Shown: one piece after another, positions 13,201 to 28,200 of the stretch
Numbering within the stretch: position 1 is the first letter of the stretch
Layout: each line of letters starts with the position of its first letter
Assembly: GCA_015232565.1 (NCBI GenBank)
Contig: JADFZK010000003.1
Coordinates: 64,540-128,539, forward strand
Reading direction: 5' to 3'
DNA from: Candidatus Omnitrophota bacterium
Lineage (GTDB): Bacteria > Omnitrophota > Gorgyraeia > Zapsychrales > Fredricksoniimonadaceae
Length of the DNA: 64,000 bases
Translations under genes and position numbers: made by a program
The notes under the pieces: generated by a model
Database searches by the model: none
What the model was told of the DNA's origin: nothing
The model's input: the letters and a program-made list of their open reading frames with translations, nothing else

Positions 13201-16200
13201 TCAAACTTGCCACGGAAACCTACGATCGAAGGATCCACCAACATTACCCGGTAGCCCTTATCCAACAGATCATTTACCTTGTCTGCCGTTTCATCATTCA
13301 ACTCAGCCGGCAACCCCTGGGTCTTGCCATACTGGATAGTAGAAATAACTTTACCGTCTATCTTGGCTGCAAAGCTAACCCCTTGTTCCAGGCCAGGCGC
13401 CGCAACAATCTTGTTAACGGTAGCCAATGCAGCCGGCGGAGCCCGGAACGAATCCGGCATAGCCTGGGCACTGGCGTTAAGACTGCCGCCCATCAAACCC
13501 GAAAAGAATAACATAACCCACAGCACTATGGCCCGCGGCAGGAAGCTGGAAAGAACGGCCAGGGCGATACCAAAAACCGGCATCGAAGCGGGAGCTTGCT
13601 GACCCTGGCCTACGACATTGCTGGCCGAGAAGCCCAATGTCGGGGTGACGAACCCTAAATTTGTATTCCGGGGATTTCTTGTATCAGATATATAACCGGG
13701 GAGCTCCGCAGGCACACCTATAGCCGGGACTTTTTGTTCCTCGCGGACACAAACGCCTACCGGTGCATTGCTGTTCCCCGCTGGACGTAAGCTACCGCCA
13801 TCGGGTTGGGCATTTCCTGTTGATATGTCTATTGAGGATCTATTTTCTGGGCCCTGAGCAACACTTTCCACACCCGTCACACCTGGCTTACCCTGCGTGG
13901 ATCCGGAGCTGGTATACGAACCAGTTCCCGCACTCTCCACACCCCGGGCATTGCCGTTTTCGTGAGCGTTGCCGAGGCTGATGCTTAAACCAGCAGGCAC
14001 ACTTCCCACGATCGTGGTGCTACCTTCTCCGCCCTCGGTATTCGCGCTGTATATACACCCAGCGTTCACACTCCGTGCGTAGCGGGTGCCATCATACACA
14101 CTCTGGGCACCTGTACTCTCAATCCAGACTGTTACAGCCTGCGCATTGCCATTGCTGGCGGGCGCAGTCTCTTCAGCTGCGGCAGTACCAGGCACACTCT
14201 GGGCATCCTTACTGGACACACGTGTTCTGGCACCCCTGTCAGAGCGGGCGTTACCGATCACTCCGCATACCCAGGCGTACAGCCTGAGAACGATCGCGGT
14301 GATCTCTCCGTACACTTTCTCAACCGCGGGCACAATACTGGCACCCTTGTTTGCAACAGTGTACAAAGCACTTCTAACCTGAGCCCAACTACGGCTCACA
14401 GAACGGGCACTACGTGCAACATCGACAGTAACCGCGGTATTAACGCGGGCATTCGCTACTGGCACTGCATTTGCTTCATCTACAATAGGCACAACTTTAC
14501 TCGTATTCGCTACTGTACTACCATTACCCTTGGCGTGATTGTCAGCCTTCGAACCATCAGCCTGGGTATGAGCCGGTTCGCCGCTTGCACTGTTAATGTT
14601 GACTGCCTCAACCTGCGCTTTAGCGCCATCTACCATTGCACTGCTTGCTTCATTCACTACTGCACCACTTACTTCATTCGCTACTGCACTGCTCACTTCT
14701 TCTACAACATTCGCTACATTTGCTTCTGTGTTACCGTCCGTTCTTTCTTTTTCAGCACCAGCGATCCCGGACAGACCTTGCGGTCCACTGTTGCTCTTGA
14801 CTGCGTTTACGTTCAACTTCTCCGCGGCACTCAGCCTGCCGTAAGCTCCCAACACTACATTAACGACATAACCAATACTGTCTCTCGTGAATTTCAGGAC
14901 CGCTCCGGCTATGAGAGATAGCCTGCGGTCTTTGATACGACCTCCATCGCCCTCACTTGACTGTTTTTCTTCCAAAGTCGGACCCTTGCGGCGTCCGTAT
15001 ATAAATCTGGCACCACGACCGGCCAAAACAGCTACCACGCCATATACAACCGGTAAAACACCCGGAGGCAGAGCGCCCCCGCCCGACCCGCCGGCTGCGA
15101 AGGCATTGCCAATAAAGCTAAAGAAACTCATGAGGAACAGGACCACGGGCAAAGCGCCCGAATGAGGTGTCATTGGGGTCGTACCCGGCACTTGCGGCAT
15201 AACTGGTACCGCCGGCATTGCCGGAACAGCCGGCGCGGCAGGCATTACCGGTGCAACAGGTGCCGCTGGTGCGGTTGGTACCGCTGGCGCGGTCGGGGCC
15301 GTAGGTGCATTAGGTCCGGGTGGTGCTACCGGGCCGGTTGGAACAGTAGGACCGGTAGTTCCTGGACCGGCAGGCGGTAAAGTATTATTCGCGGCCAGAT
15401 TGGTGGTGGGCGCAGTAGGAATAGCCAGCGGATCAGCTGTTAACGGAGCCGTAGTATCCCTATTGGGCTGGTCACTATTGGCCCGCAATAATTCCGGCAA
15501 GCCATAAACCAGCGTTTCCCCCTCTCTGGTGAACAAAGGTTTGCGTGCCAACTGTTTAGCATCCTCAATGACCTCACGGCTATGCTGTTGCTCAGCTTGC
15601 GCTTTAGATCTGGCGTCAGCCGCCGAGACAGGTTGCTGACTAGCGGCAAAGAGCGAGCCCAAAGCCAGCCATATCGGGAGCGTAGTTCCCTTGGTACCGG
15701 TTGGCGAAGATGGTGCGGCCGGTGAACCCGGCGCTCCAGGAGCAACCGGCTTTGTTGCCACACCAGCGGGACCAGTTGCGAAGGTAAGCGCTTCCTGGTC
15801 AATCTCCATGTGCAGAGCCGCCAAAACATCCATTTTGGCCTTAACATCCGCAATAGCATTCGTAACTGCTTTGGTAACACCCGGCTCAATTCTAATAGCG
15901 TCTTCCAAAACCTGGACAGCTTCAAAAGATTCGTTTAAAGCCGTAGGATTACTGCCCAACATACCCAGCAAAACCTCAGCATTGCGAGCTTGCCTTGCCA
16001 AACGTTCGACATTAAGAAGTTGCACTCCCTCATCTTCACCGAGGGTGAGAGCAAAACTATCCAAATCCGCCTTCAATTGTGCAAGCGCAGAGCTGGCCGC
16101 AGTTCTGGCATTATTGAATTTGTCCGCCGTTATTTCATTCTTCACCACCACCACTTTATCTGGATCGTCTACCAGTTGACCCAGACGAACCTCCATATCA

Positions 16201-19200
16201 CCCGGCAACTCCGCGAGTTTCTGCATCACAGCTTGCGTTTTAGGCTCGTCCATCTCTCTCATTGCCAAAAGCGGCAATAGAGCCGGATTTCCTGCCAGAA
16301 CGCTATTTAAAATAAAGTTGGGCGTAATGGTGCGCCCACGGCTCTGGCCGATCCACCGGGACTGGTTGCTACCCACAACTTCCACTCCGCTGCTGGGCTT
16401 GTTACTAAGGAGAGCGATCGCTTCACGCACCCTGGTTTTCGTTTCTCCGGTAACCAATTCCCCAAGATATGCCAAACCCGCTAACGTACTACGATTGTTT
16501 AACACCACCAGCATCGCAATTGTATTTAAAGACAGCAACTTGGCCTTAACATCGTCCGACTCCGGCAGACTGGCCAGGAAAACCTGAAGTTTCCGGGCCT
16601 CGGCCTCAGCTCCAGCCAGAGTAATGACCTGTTTCGCACCGTCCCGCATTAAATTAAAGGCCGCGGCAAAAAGAAGGGGCGATACTCCGGAACTGGTCAA
16701 GGCCTGCTCCAACATCGGATATGTCAGCACCGCATCTTTCGCCTGCTGTACCGCTTTTGTCAATTCTTCGGCACTGGATTTAACTGTCTGCTCAAGTTCT
16801 TTGCGTTTATTCGCCCGCTCCTCAACCTGTGTGGGGGTTAAGCCGTCCGCAGATTCGGCCAATTTAGGCTCGGCTAATTGAAACTCGGTATTAACTAGTT
16901 TCTTATATGCCTGAATAACCTTATCGGCAATAGTAACAACATTATCTAACGCATCTATAGTTGGCTGGTCTATACCATGTGTAACCTCATTAATCTTTGT
17001 CAACCATGCATTAAGATACACCAAGCAGTCCTGGTTATTAAGCGCCTCCTCAGCCAATTGCAAAGTCTCTGCCAGAACCGCCGATTCCTGAGGGGAGAAC
17101 CAATTACGGAATTTGTCCGCCAGCTTCCGATGGGTGGCTTGCCGGGCAATCATTTTATTAAGATCAGACCAGCCATCCTTAGCGCTATTAAGCGCCAGCG
17201 CAGCCAGTTTCAAAGCCTCTTCCTTGGTATTCAACAGACCAAAAGACGCCATTACCGATATGGCCGGAATATCTTGCGCCCTTAAAGGAGTGCCCACCAG
17301 GGTTACAGCCAAAGAAACAATGTCCGAGGGGCTAACCAATAATTCGGCCAGTTTCTCGCGCGCAGGGACGTCCAACATGACGATTCGCGGCAAAATAGCC
17401 AGAACACTCTTACCCGTAGGCGTAACCACACCCTTGTTCAGCAGTTGCGGATTGTTTTCAAACTGCTTGCGGACGACTTCCTTTTCCACCTCGGTCAGGC
17501 CGCTCTCCGCTACATACTTGTTAAAAGTCTCCGCGCCTTCGTAATGATCAAAAACATTCTGCTCGATCCTGTTAGCCAAGGCCGCTATCTGCTGGTCAAC
17601 TTGGGCCAGGAAAGCCCGGTTCTCCGCAGAAGCCTGCCAAAGCGCCCGTACGGTACCGGCACTACGCAAACCAAGTTCGTCTTTGAACTTCCGGGCATCC
17701 TGCGCTACAAACGCGGCGCGTACTTCCGGTAAGAAAGTAGCCAACCGCTTTTTATCATCAATAACGAACCGGTTTTCAGTCTCCAGGTTGAGCCGCACAT
17801 AAAAGCTCGGCAGGCCAAACTTTTGCATACCCACACGATTTTTGGATTGAGCACGCTTGGCGAACTGGGTATAAGAGTCCTCATCCATGTGATAACCAAT
17901 AATTACCGCGCCAGCCTGCAATTTAGTGAGATCGAGCTCTCCGTTCGCATTAACAAAGTGCTCCTTGAAAGGATTACTGCCCGTGGGTTCCCCGACCATT
18001 AAAAGCACCAGCGGCTTACCGTCGGACATTTCTTCGAAAGCGTCCTTCAGGGCCATTTTGATACTATCGCGATCATTGCCGCCAATGCGTCTTATGTCGG
18101 CTGACGGAACACCTTTGGCAAGCAAATCGGCCTCGACATCTCTCAGATTGGCCTCCGGGGCAACATAGATAACGCCAACTTTACCATTTGCGTTATGCAC
18201 ATTACGAAGGCTAATAATATCCTTGCCTACTGTTTGAATATCCTCTTTATAGGTGTCAAAAAGGCGAACATCATTGTCCTTGACCGCCTCAAACATCGAT
18301 TGTTCTTCTTCCAGAACCACGATCTCGTGGCCCAAAGTCTTAAGAGTGGGCGAACTGGTACCGCTGAAAGAACCAACCTTATTCAAGCCAACCTGCTTAA
18401 CCGCCATCAAGAAACTGGTGCGTTCTTTCTGCTCCGAATGCAGGGCATTGATGATAAACCGGAGCGCTTCATCTTCTTCGTTATCACGCAGCAAATCCTT
18501 GGCAAGATAAGCATTAGCAAAGGCCGACTGATACGGGTCGCCAAAGATCGTATTCGGCTCGGTCACCAAAACCTGGTCTAAAATGTTGTACAAATACAGG
18601 GCTTGCGGCTTTTCCAGAAGAGCCTTGTACTCATCCCGGGCTATTGCAGCCCCAGAACGGTTGCCAGCCTGGATAAGACCTTCGATCTCAGCTTCTTTGT
18701 TGGCCAGTTCCTGACGCAAAGCCAGGCTTTCGTCTAACTGTGCTCGAGTGATCTTCTGGTAATCGCGGCCTTCGGCCATCCGCAAGAAATTAGCGGCCGA
18801 CTGAACAATGCTCCGGAAAGCATCCAGCCCGTACACACCGTCCGCAAACTTCTCCCGGAACAAGGCCTCAATGACCGGCATATATTCTTCGCGAATTGTC
18901 CCCACAAAGCGGTTCTTGGCCTCGCCGCCCGGTTGCAGAGTTGGATTATCCAGGAGATCAGAATGTACGATCATCAACTTTTTGAGTTCATCAACCAGCT
19001 TCAGGAAAACCCGGCCTTCCCGCTTTTTGGCTTCCAGGGCTTTCGCGCCCTCTTTTTTGGCCGCTTCATAGGGCTGATCACCCGTGGAACGGATAGAATC
19101 CGGACGCGACGTGACCGACTGGAATTCATCCACCACCACCGCCATTAATTCTTCCCCATCCCGGAAAGTTACCGCCTTCATATAATCCGGATGATGCTCT

Positions 19201-22200
19201 ACCAGGTTCGCACGGGTAATAACCTCGTCGTAAGCCGCATAGCGGATGGTAAATTTCCTGCTTTCATCATAGGAAAAATGCTTAAAGAAATTCGATCCGG
19301 CCATGAGCGGATCTTTCATGTCTTCATCGCGGCCGGCAAAACGTTCGGCAACCATATCGGTTGGCTGGATCCCGTTAGCCGCAACTTGCCCCTCGGGAGC
19401 CTTGATCTTGACAATACGCGACAAATTGGCATATTGGTTAACGCACTTATAAAAGAACATAGCCAGATGATCGTTAGCTATCTGATCGATCGAAAACTCC
19501 TGTAAAACCCACATTTCGATGGTGCCCTTTGCCTCGGCGCTGGTCTTATTGAGTATCCTGAGGGTCAGCGCCAGGGCGCCGTACTCAGCCGCAGTCTTAC
19601 CCGCACCAAGACTAAGGATAATAGAAAGCGCCTTTTTATCTTCATCATCACGTAACAAACTGGCCGTACGTAAAAGAGTTTCCACGATCTGTTCGGGATT
19701 GTACTTGAAGGCCGGCAGAACTTTCAGAACACCACTGACAGGATCGGTGACCTCTTTATAAAGGGCTAAGCCTTCCAACATTATCATTTTTGCAAGGTCG
19801 TCAGAACCTATCAACCACGCGGCGGTACTGGAGGAGGAAGACTTCTCTTTAATGATCTCTCTGGCTTGCTTAAACACGCCCCTAAATGCTTCTAACCTCG
19901 CCTCTTCCGCACCGGCCAGCGCGGCTCGGTCATTGGTGCCGGTAAAAAGCTGTTCTTCCGGCCCGGGCTGGTTAAAGTCTACCGGCGTAACATTACTGGC
20001 CGGGATAGCGGGTAAGGGCACCACATTGTCCGGCACCACCGCCGACGGCTTGCGGGCAGATCCGGCGCTCAAAGCCGAGAGTTTGGGCCCGGCGGTTGGT
20101 AATACTTTAGCCGGGGGCGCAGGCGGGTTCATTAACTTGCCGGGCAGGCCGATAATGCCATCCACCAGGCGTTTCACCCCCGGCGGAACGGCCGGCAGAG
20201 GCGCTTCATTATCCAGCTGACCCTTGGCGGCCCAGGTCGGAACCTGGCGTAGCCCTAATATCTTGGGATCAGTCACACCCACCGTTGCCGGTGTGGTCAC
20301 GCCGTCATCGGCAAAGAAACTCTTGCCTGCTTTACCATCACCCTGATCAACGCTATCAGCTCCCAGCGATTCATCCTCTACCGCCAGCGGCTCAACCACG
20401 GCCGGAATACCGGCGCCCCGGGGAGCATTGGCCGCGGACAGACGGGCCTCGGCCAGAATAGCCCGGGCTTCCGCCAAAGACTGGGCCTGCGCCTCGGCCT
20501 CGGCTTGAATAGCCTGGGGATCGTTCCACGGATAGCGGGCTTTGTAAACGTCTTCGCTAAGTTCGGGCGCTTTGCCCTGGCGCAAGGCTTTAAGATTGCG
20601 GATCTTCTCCAGCAGTTCGTCCTTCTCCTTACGAGTAAGGGTGCGGTCATTACGCAATTGGTCACGCATGCGGGCCAAAGCCTTAACCTGGCCCTGATTG
20701 GCTTCCGGCTTTCTGGCTTCGGCGCGCCGATAGTTCTTGGTAAAGAGCTCGAAATAGTTGGCGTTAACGGTCTTGACAAAGATCACCCCGTTCGCATCCA
20801 CATAAACCTCGAGCATGCGGCCTTCCCACTTCTTCAGCCAGGTATTAAACTCGGCCAGGCGAGCTTCCACCGCCGGAGCATCCGCGGCATTGGCTTTGGC
20901 GAATCTACGCACTGCAATTAACTGGCTGGCGATCGAGTCGTTCAATTCATCCAGCCGGAACACGTGTCCACTGCCTGCCAACTGGCCGTTAACTCTGTTC
21001 CATTCGTCCTGCACGGCTTTGGGCCATTTGCCAATACCGTACTTGAAGTTCAGCAGGTCCACAATACCCTGGGCCTGAAGCTCGCCCTTAGTGGCATGAT
21101 GCTTGAACGCCTTTATAGCTTCAACAACCGAGGCCGCATCAGCAGGCACTTCCTTGATAATTGCCCGTACTTCCGGCGGCACTTTATCCAGAATGTAGCT
21201 CATGAACCAGGTCCAGAACCCGGGGAGATTGGCTCCGAACTTGCCTAAAGCCCAATTCACCCAGGTGGGGTCCTTAGCGCTCTGCGCGGCATTGGCACTG
21301 ACCTGGAAGCAAGAACCCACCTGGATACGGTCGGCCGCAGTAACCTCGGATAAGCCGGAACGGTCGGGCGCCGGCAGGCCCAGGCCTCTATACAAGAAAT
21401 CCACTTTTTTATCCGTCAACCGGGCTATCGCGGCCAAAGCGCCCGCATTATCAGTACCACCGGTTAAAGCGTCTCTCAATTCTGGCTTCGAATGATCCCG
21501 CATGATACTGGCCAACGAAGTTTCCAGAGTTGCATCGTTAGCGGCAGGATCAACAACCAGGCTCGGAGCGGGCAATGGCAAATTGGTGCCAGGCAAAATA
21601 CCATTGGTATAAACATGAGAACGAGCATCCGGATTGGCCGGCTCCACCGGGCCCTTTATCTCCGGCGTTCCGGCCGAAGATTTTCGCTCCAAACGCTCCT
21701 TGGAAATAATAATACTTCCCGCCTGCGCTGGCTTTAATCCTGACCTGGCATCCGCGGCTTTAAGAACCGGATTAACCCTGGCCGGATCATAAAAAATAAC
21801 ATCATTGCCCCAACTCCGGGAATATTGCTGATGCACCATCGGCCAGGCGGCATTCCCGGCATAAGCCTGCCAATTCTGATCGAAATAACCAATAGGCATC
21901 CCCACCCTGACCCGGGTGCCAACCTTGACATTGCTGAAATTAGCGTGGGATACGCGCAACTGCATACCGTCAATAGTATCTATGAGGACCGACCCGCCAT
22001 GCGGCACCGCAACGCCATCAAAATATTCGTAATAATTAGTTGCAACCTCCTTAACCTGCCCGTTAACTACCGAGAGTACCGGGATCTTCCGCCCGCCCTT
22101 CAAAGACTCCAGTGCCATGAAATTCAACTGTTCATCATGTCCAAGATGGATCCTGGAATTGGACTCACTGTTGCCATTCGCACGGCCGCTGGCAAACTGG

Positions 22201-25200
22201 TCTTTTGCGCTGGCGGCCATCAAATTACCAAAAGGAACTGTGAACCCGTGCAAGCCGGTTGTTTTAGCCGAGCCATTGCTCCACTCCAAAGGAGAAGCCA
22301 GAACACTGAGCGTCTGAAGATCCAGTCTCTTCAGGAAGGCCTGCCCGCGTGCCAGCGGATAAATAACCTTACCGTTAACCTTGACCTTCAGCTTGAAATT
22401 GGCATCAGGGAACAGCTTGGCCAAATCCGCTTCCGGCGGTAACAGCGGCAATACATCCTTAAGCGCCAGGGCGCCAGCGCCCTTTGCCGTTAGATCGATC
22501 CTGGTGTTGTATAAGGCATTGCAATTCGTAACGATCTGCCGGGAGATCGCATTATAAAAAGTCCGGGGACTCAAGGGGAAGTCTACCGATAATGCCACCA
22601 TCAACTGCTGGGCCGGAGTCAACTGCTCCAGGGTATACCCGGACAACTGCAGTTGGCCGTCTAACCGCTCAAGGTTTTCGGCCATCATCAACAGTCCTAT
22701 TTGTGCCGACTTCTCAGGATCCTCGAGAGTCTTTTCATAAAGTATCCCACGCTGAGCGGCCGGGGTAGACGAAAGAACTGCCGCCGGGATAACCTTGTTC
22801 CATATGGCTTGCGAAACACTACCGGCGCGGATCTGCAATTTGCCCAACGACTTTACATAAAGAGAAGCCGGCACTTTGGTACCCAGGTTAAACACCGTGG
22901 CGGCCTTCTTTACCTCTTGCAAGAAAGAAGCTTCGGCGGCACGCGCCTGTTTCTCAACACCAAAATAACGCTCCAATTCCGTGATCGCCCTTAAGAAATC
23001 CTTGGCTACTTGCCGCCGGCCGGTAGGACGATAAGTCTCCGAACTGGCCAAATGCTCAATAGCCGCCTGCCCTATATTCCCCTTGGCCAAAGAGTCTTCC
23101 ACGGCACGTTGTTTCACGATCGACGGCACACCATTACAACCCAGAACACCCAGCGCCACCGCCATCATTGCGGAAGTCCTTACAACACCATATTTTACAT
23201 CGCTCCATTTACGCTGGCTCTTTAACCAGCGGTATGATGTTGAAGCCAGCGCCGGAAGGGCCACCATACCCGCTACCGCAACACCCACGGAAACCAGTTT
23301 GTGATCATAATTGTAGCCGAGCGTGCTATTCAATGCCTGAAAAGCCGACAAATATCCCAGCGAAAGCGCTCCGCCAATAGCGGACGGAGAAGCCTGCAGG
23401 GGATTTAAAGCCGTCCTCAAGAACTGGCTAATAGGCCCGCCAAAGCGTTTAGGCGCTTCAGATCCCGACTCTGAAACGGACTCGCTGTTTAACGGCGCAT
23501 CACCGGCCAGCGCCAGTGCCGGAGCAGGTGCGAGCTCGGGTGCTGGCGCAAGAGCATCCGGTGTCGAAGCGGCAACCGCAAGCAACGGCGTAGGCGCCGG
23601 TGTTGACGCGGGCTGAGGCGCAGGTGTTAACCCGAAAGCGGCGGGGATCATGGCCAGAAGCAGATCGGCCGCAGGCGCCGGAGCAGGCGTGGAGAACGCA
23701 ACCGGCGGAAGCCCAGTTGGCGGCGAAACAAAAATAAACGGTGTGAGCGGATTGTCAGTCGCGGGAGCGGCAGGAGCCTCAAGGACAACGGGTTCAGATA
23801 CGGCGGAAGCCGGAGCGCTCAAACCCGTGGAACCCGAAGCCGCAGTCGGTGGCAAAGAATCATTCTGATCACCCTGAGGGGGAGCCTGGGGCTGATTTGT
23901 ATCTTCCTCATTACTAACAAGCTCAAAACCAGGGCGCCCCGCCACAGGCTCAGTCAATGCAATGAGATCATCAACGCTGGTTTTAAATTCAACAATAGCC
24001 GAACTCGCGCCAGCCTTATATTCCACATCCCAAACCATCTTCTGCAATGCATCTATTGCCGCTGCTTGATGCTCCATGTTTACATCAAACCGGATCTGAT
24101 TAATTCCCAGCTTTTTGGCCCGCAATGCCACGGAACGCAAAAGGGCCGCGCCCAAACCAAGTTTTGCTTTAGCGGCAACATGCTTGATAACGATATACGG
24201 CTCACTCCCGGCAACTTCCGGGCCCTGCTCTGCCACCACATAACCCAGGACAGCCCCTATTTTATCGGCTACGATAGCATTAAGCGCTAACGGATCTTCA
24301 CCCATGAATAACGCTTTGATCTGATCGCCATTTCCACCTAAGCCGCCCACCTCCTTATTAAGCAGATCGGCCTTGAACCACAGGGCTTGCTTCAGCTTTT
24401 TGATTCCCTCGTAATCATTCAAGAGCGCCAACGGGATCATTTTTAAATCTCCACGTTGCGTAACCTGCAACGGAGCTTCTTCTGTGGGCAGAACACCAGA
24501 TTCAGGCGTTGCCAAACCAACTGGTTCCGGTGTAGCCTGTTCAGGCGGGACGACCCCCGGGTAAGTAAGCAATTTCTGTTCATTCGCAGATCTTTCAGAA
24601 TACCTGGGATAACTCCAATGCTCCGCCGTTCCCCGGTGATTAAGGAACTCATTGATCTTGTTTATCCGGTGCTGTATGGCCGGCTTTTCGTCTGGCCGCG
24701 CTTTCAGTAAACGCAGGGTCAACTGCTCCAGTTTTCTGTATGCCACTGGTATCTCGCCAAACATACTGGCCTGAGCAGCCAAAAGATCCAGCCGGTCCAC
24801 CAGCCCATCAAACGCCTGGCCTCTTTCCGGATCAGTCTTCCTTAAATACGCCGCCAAAGTGCGCCGATTACTGGCCGCCGCGGCCGCCTCTTTTAATGCG
24901 GCATCCGAAGCAAAGTTATCCCTGTCACTCATTAAAACGATATGTGTTTCATATATCCGGCAGAACCCATCCGTAATTCTCAGCGAATCACTGAAGATCT
25001 TCTGCAGGTGCGTCCGCAGGTCCCCGGCCTGCCACCGGCCCTTTTCTTTGCCAATAGGCTGCTGCAAAGTGAAAATATTGCCATTAGACGTGATCATGCG
25101 GAATTTAACCACCTGATTACCCTTGGCATCTTCCGTTATGGTATTCATCAATTGCTCATCCGACATGCTGTCCAGAACCGTTACCGCAGACCCGAAAGCC

Positions 25201-28200
25201 AGCCGGGACTTGAGCGCCATACCACGCCCTCTCAACAGCATGGTCTTAATAGAGGAAGCCTGCGCCCTGGACTCCTCGATATCTCCGCGTTCAAAAGATT
25301 CCTGCATAACTGCGAATTTACCGCGGAAAATAGAAGCCGGCAAGCCCGGCTTGCCGCCCAGTCCGTTTCTTAATGCTTCAAAGAAACCCCTCATCGGTGC
25401 CAGCAGTGTCTGCATAACAGGCGGCAGTTCACTCCACTTCTCGGGAATACCAAAAGTCTCCACATAATGAGTCTTGATCTCTTCCGGCGAGAACTCTTTA
25501 TCGTAAATACCGGACAGAATATCGGCGATCTGCTGTAGCTCGCTGTTATTCTCCAAACGCGCCTGTTCCAAAGCGCCGGGCAGTTCGTTATCGCCGTGCT
25601 TGCTGATGATCAGTTTCTCTTCTTCGTGCATAAGCTCATGCAAAAATACCGCAGCGGAATCGAAATCCATTTCACCGCTCAACAAGAACTTGGTTAAAGC
25701 CCGGCCGGTATGAAATAACTCGTCTGTCGACAAAGCGGCCGAATTACGCTCTTCCAGGGCCGAAGTAGCAGTAATGCGTTTTTTATAACGCTGTTCTACA
25801 AAATTTATCAGTCCGGCTACGAACGAAGTGCTATCGGGATCCGCTTTAAAAACCAGCGAATACGTATCGGCCTTTCCCCCGGCCGCAACCTTGTTAAGTT
25901 TCTGGTCCAGTCCTATCACTTCCACACTAACGCCCCAACCGGACGCTCTTACCTGGAACTTGTTGGCGAGATCATCCATATCCTCTTTGGTAGCGCCCGA
26001 CTTAACGGCTTTTTCCCAAATCTTGTTAAAATCATTGGAAAATTTCTGTGCCTCGGCAATAGCCCGCTCAAAATCAACTGCCTTAACAGTAAAATCCGAT
26101 CCTGCCGCAACCTTACTCACTGTATTGCGGTCCAGAAACTCAACCGTTTGAATATCGCTTTGCGGGATCAAATAATTATCGCCATCCTTAACCAGGATCT
26201 TGTCGAAGAAGAACAGGCCTACCTGATTGCCTTCCTTATCGCGCAAACGGCCCTTTTCCCGATCGATCTCCGTGCCTTCAGCGAATGTGTTGGCACCGTA
26301 AACCAGGTCGCGAGCCAGCACCGACCGGGCCCGGACCACACCCATACCGGCATGGTCAACGCGATAGGTATCCACCGTTTCAATGCGCGAAGCTTTCCTG
26401 CCATCCGGACTTATAGCCCTTACCTGGGCCTTGGAAACATCAAATGCCCCGTCATGATTAGGCATATAGATATGTTCGCCGAATACCGCGGCCTTCACTT
26501 CTCCCTGCTGGCCGCGGATCACCAGGACCTTTTCGCCCTTGTCGTCGTTAGCAAACTCCACCTTGTCGCCGGCCTGTACATTAATGCCGGGCAATAACAC
26601 CGGCGCCTTGTTAACCACTTCACCAAACTTCTTTACCACTCTGCCATCCACCACTTCCATGCGGCTCTTCACAAATAGCTTCTCGTGCCGCATATCCGGC
26701 AATTGCACGTGGTCTTCGGTAACGGCATCAAAAGAAAAAGCCCGCGGGTCATTATCAATACTGGTCCTTTTATACAAAACCCCCTCAAAGATAACCCCCT
26801 TTATGATCTCCGCCTGTTGACCATTAAACGTAAACCGCTCGGTGATTATTTGCGCTTTACGGCCGTCCATATCGGGCATCGGCCGGCCGACAACCAAATT
26901 GTTTGCATCACTGGCCCCCACAGCCCGGGCAATAGCTTGCCGGCTGGCCGCAGTAACGCCCTTATAGAAGTTCGGATCGGCAATACCCTGCCCCTGGTCA
27001 AACTGGGAAACCAGCGCAACATTGATCGGAGCTTGCGGAGCACCTTTACTATCCATAACTTGCGGAACACCGTTACTGTCCATAACTTGCACCGACTGAT
27101 TCTGCGTATATTCAGGCGTTGCTCCATTCCAGGTAATACTGCCGCTTACCCAGCCCCTTACCATAAGAGGACCTTCCCAGGGGCGCACATTAGCAATAGC
27201 GCCATGCGTTATATAGCTCACCGGCCGCACCAGCGAACCGTCCTCACGCTTGCCGTTGCCATCGAAACGCGCCTTGATCCAGTCGGCCATGCTGGCGAAA
27301 ACACTGTAACCTTCATTTACCAGGCCGTTCTTCATGTCGGCCACCTGGCCGGCTTGCAAAAGCACCTTCCCGTCCCGGTCCATCCTTACGCCGTGGCCAT
27401 TCTCCAGCGCCACCAGAGAAATAAAAGAATAATCCTGACGGTTATTGTCCAAGATGGCTTCGTGATACCCTTCCCCCAAAGCGTGCGTAAAGATCCGGGC
27501 AAAGGAACCCCCGCCGTTCAAGGTTTTGTATTGATTAATGGCTCGTACAACGCTGGCCTTGTTGATGTCCTGAACAAACTTGTCTATAGCCTCCAGATTC
27601 ACTGTGCGGGCCACCACTGCTGTGCTGTGCACACTCTGCACGGAAGCGTCCTTGGCCATTTCTCCCATGATCTGTAACAAAGCACGCTTGGCTTCTTCTT
27701 CATTGCCATTTTTGTATAAATTGGCCAAAAGATCACGCCGGTCCTTGGATAAAGACGGATCGGCATTCTTCTCTTTCAAGCTGGTGACGGTAATGTATTC
27801 ACCCTTGGATCGTGTAACGTTAAACAACTTTTCTTTTTTAGTTTTAGGATTCAAAGAGTCCACGCGCAAAGCCGCCTGGTCATGGCCGAACTTGGGGCGC
27901 AAAGTATAGTCGCGAACAGTTACAAAACCCACGTTCTCAATAGAAACCGCCGCTTCCATAGCAGTCAAAATAATGACCCTTTTGCCCGCTATTGAAACCT
28001 CATTGCCGGACTGATCGATTATTTTACCCTCCCCAAGCAACTTCGCGGTCTTACCCATCCGGGAAGGATCCACCTTGACCGTTATCACATCGCCGCGATT
28101 CAAACCGGCAATATTTTCCCAGGCTTCATTCCGGGCAGGCCCCGAATTACTATTAAGCACAAGCACCTGCGTTTCCTTATCCTTCAGACTGTTGAAGAAA

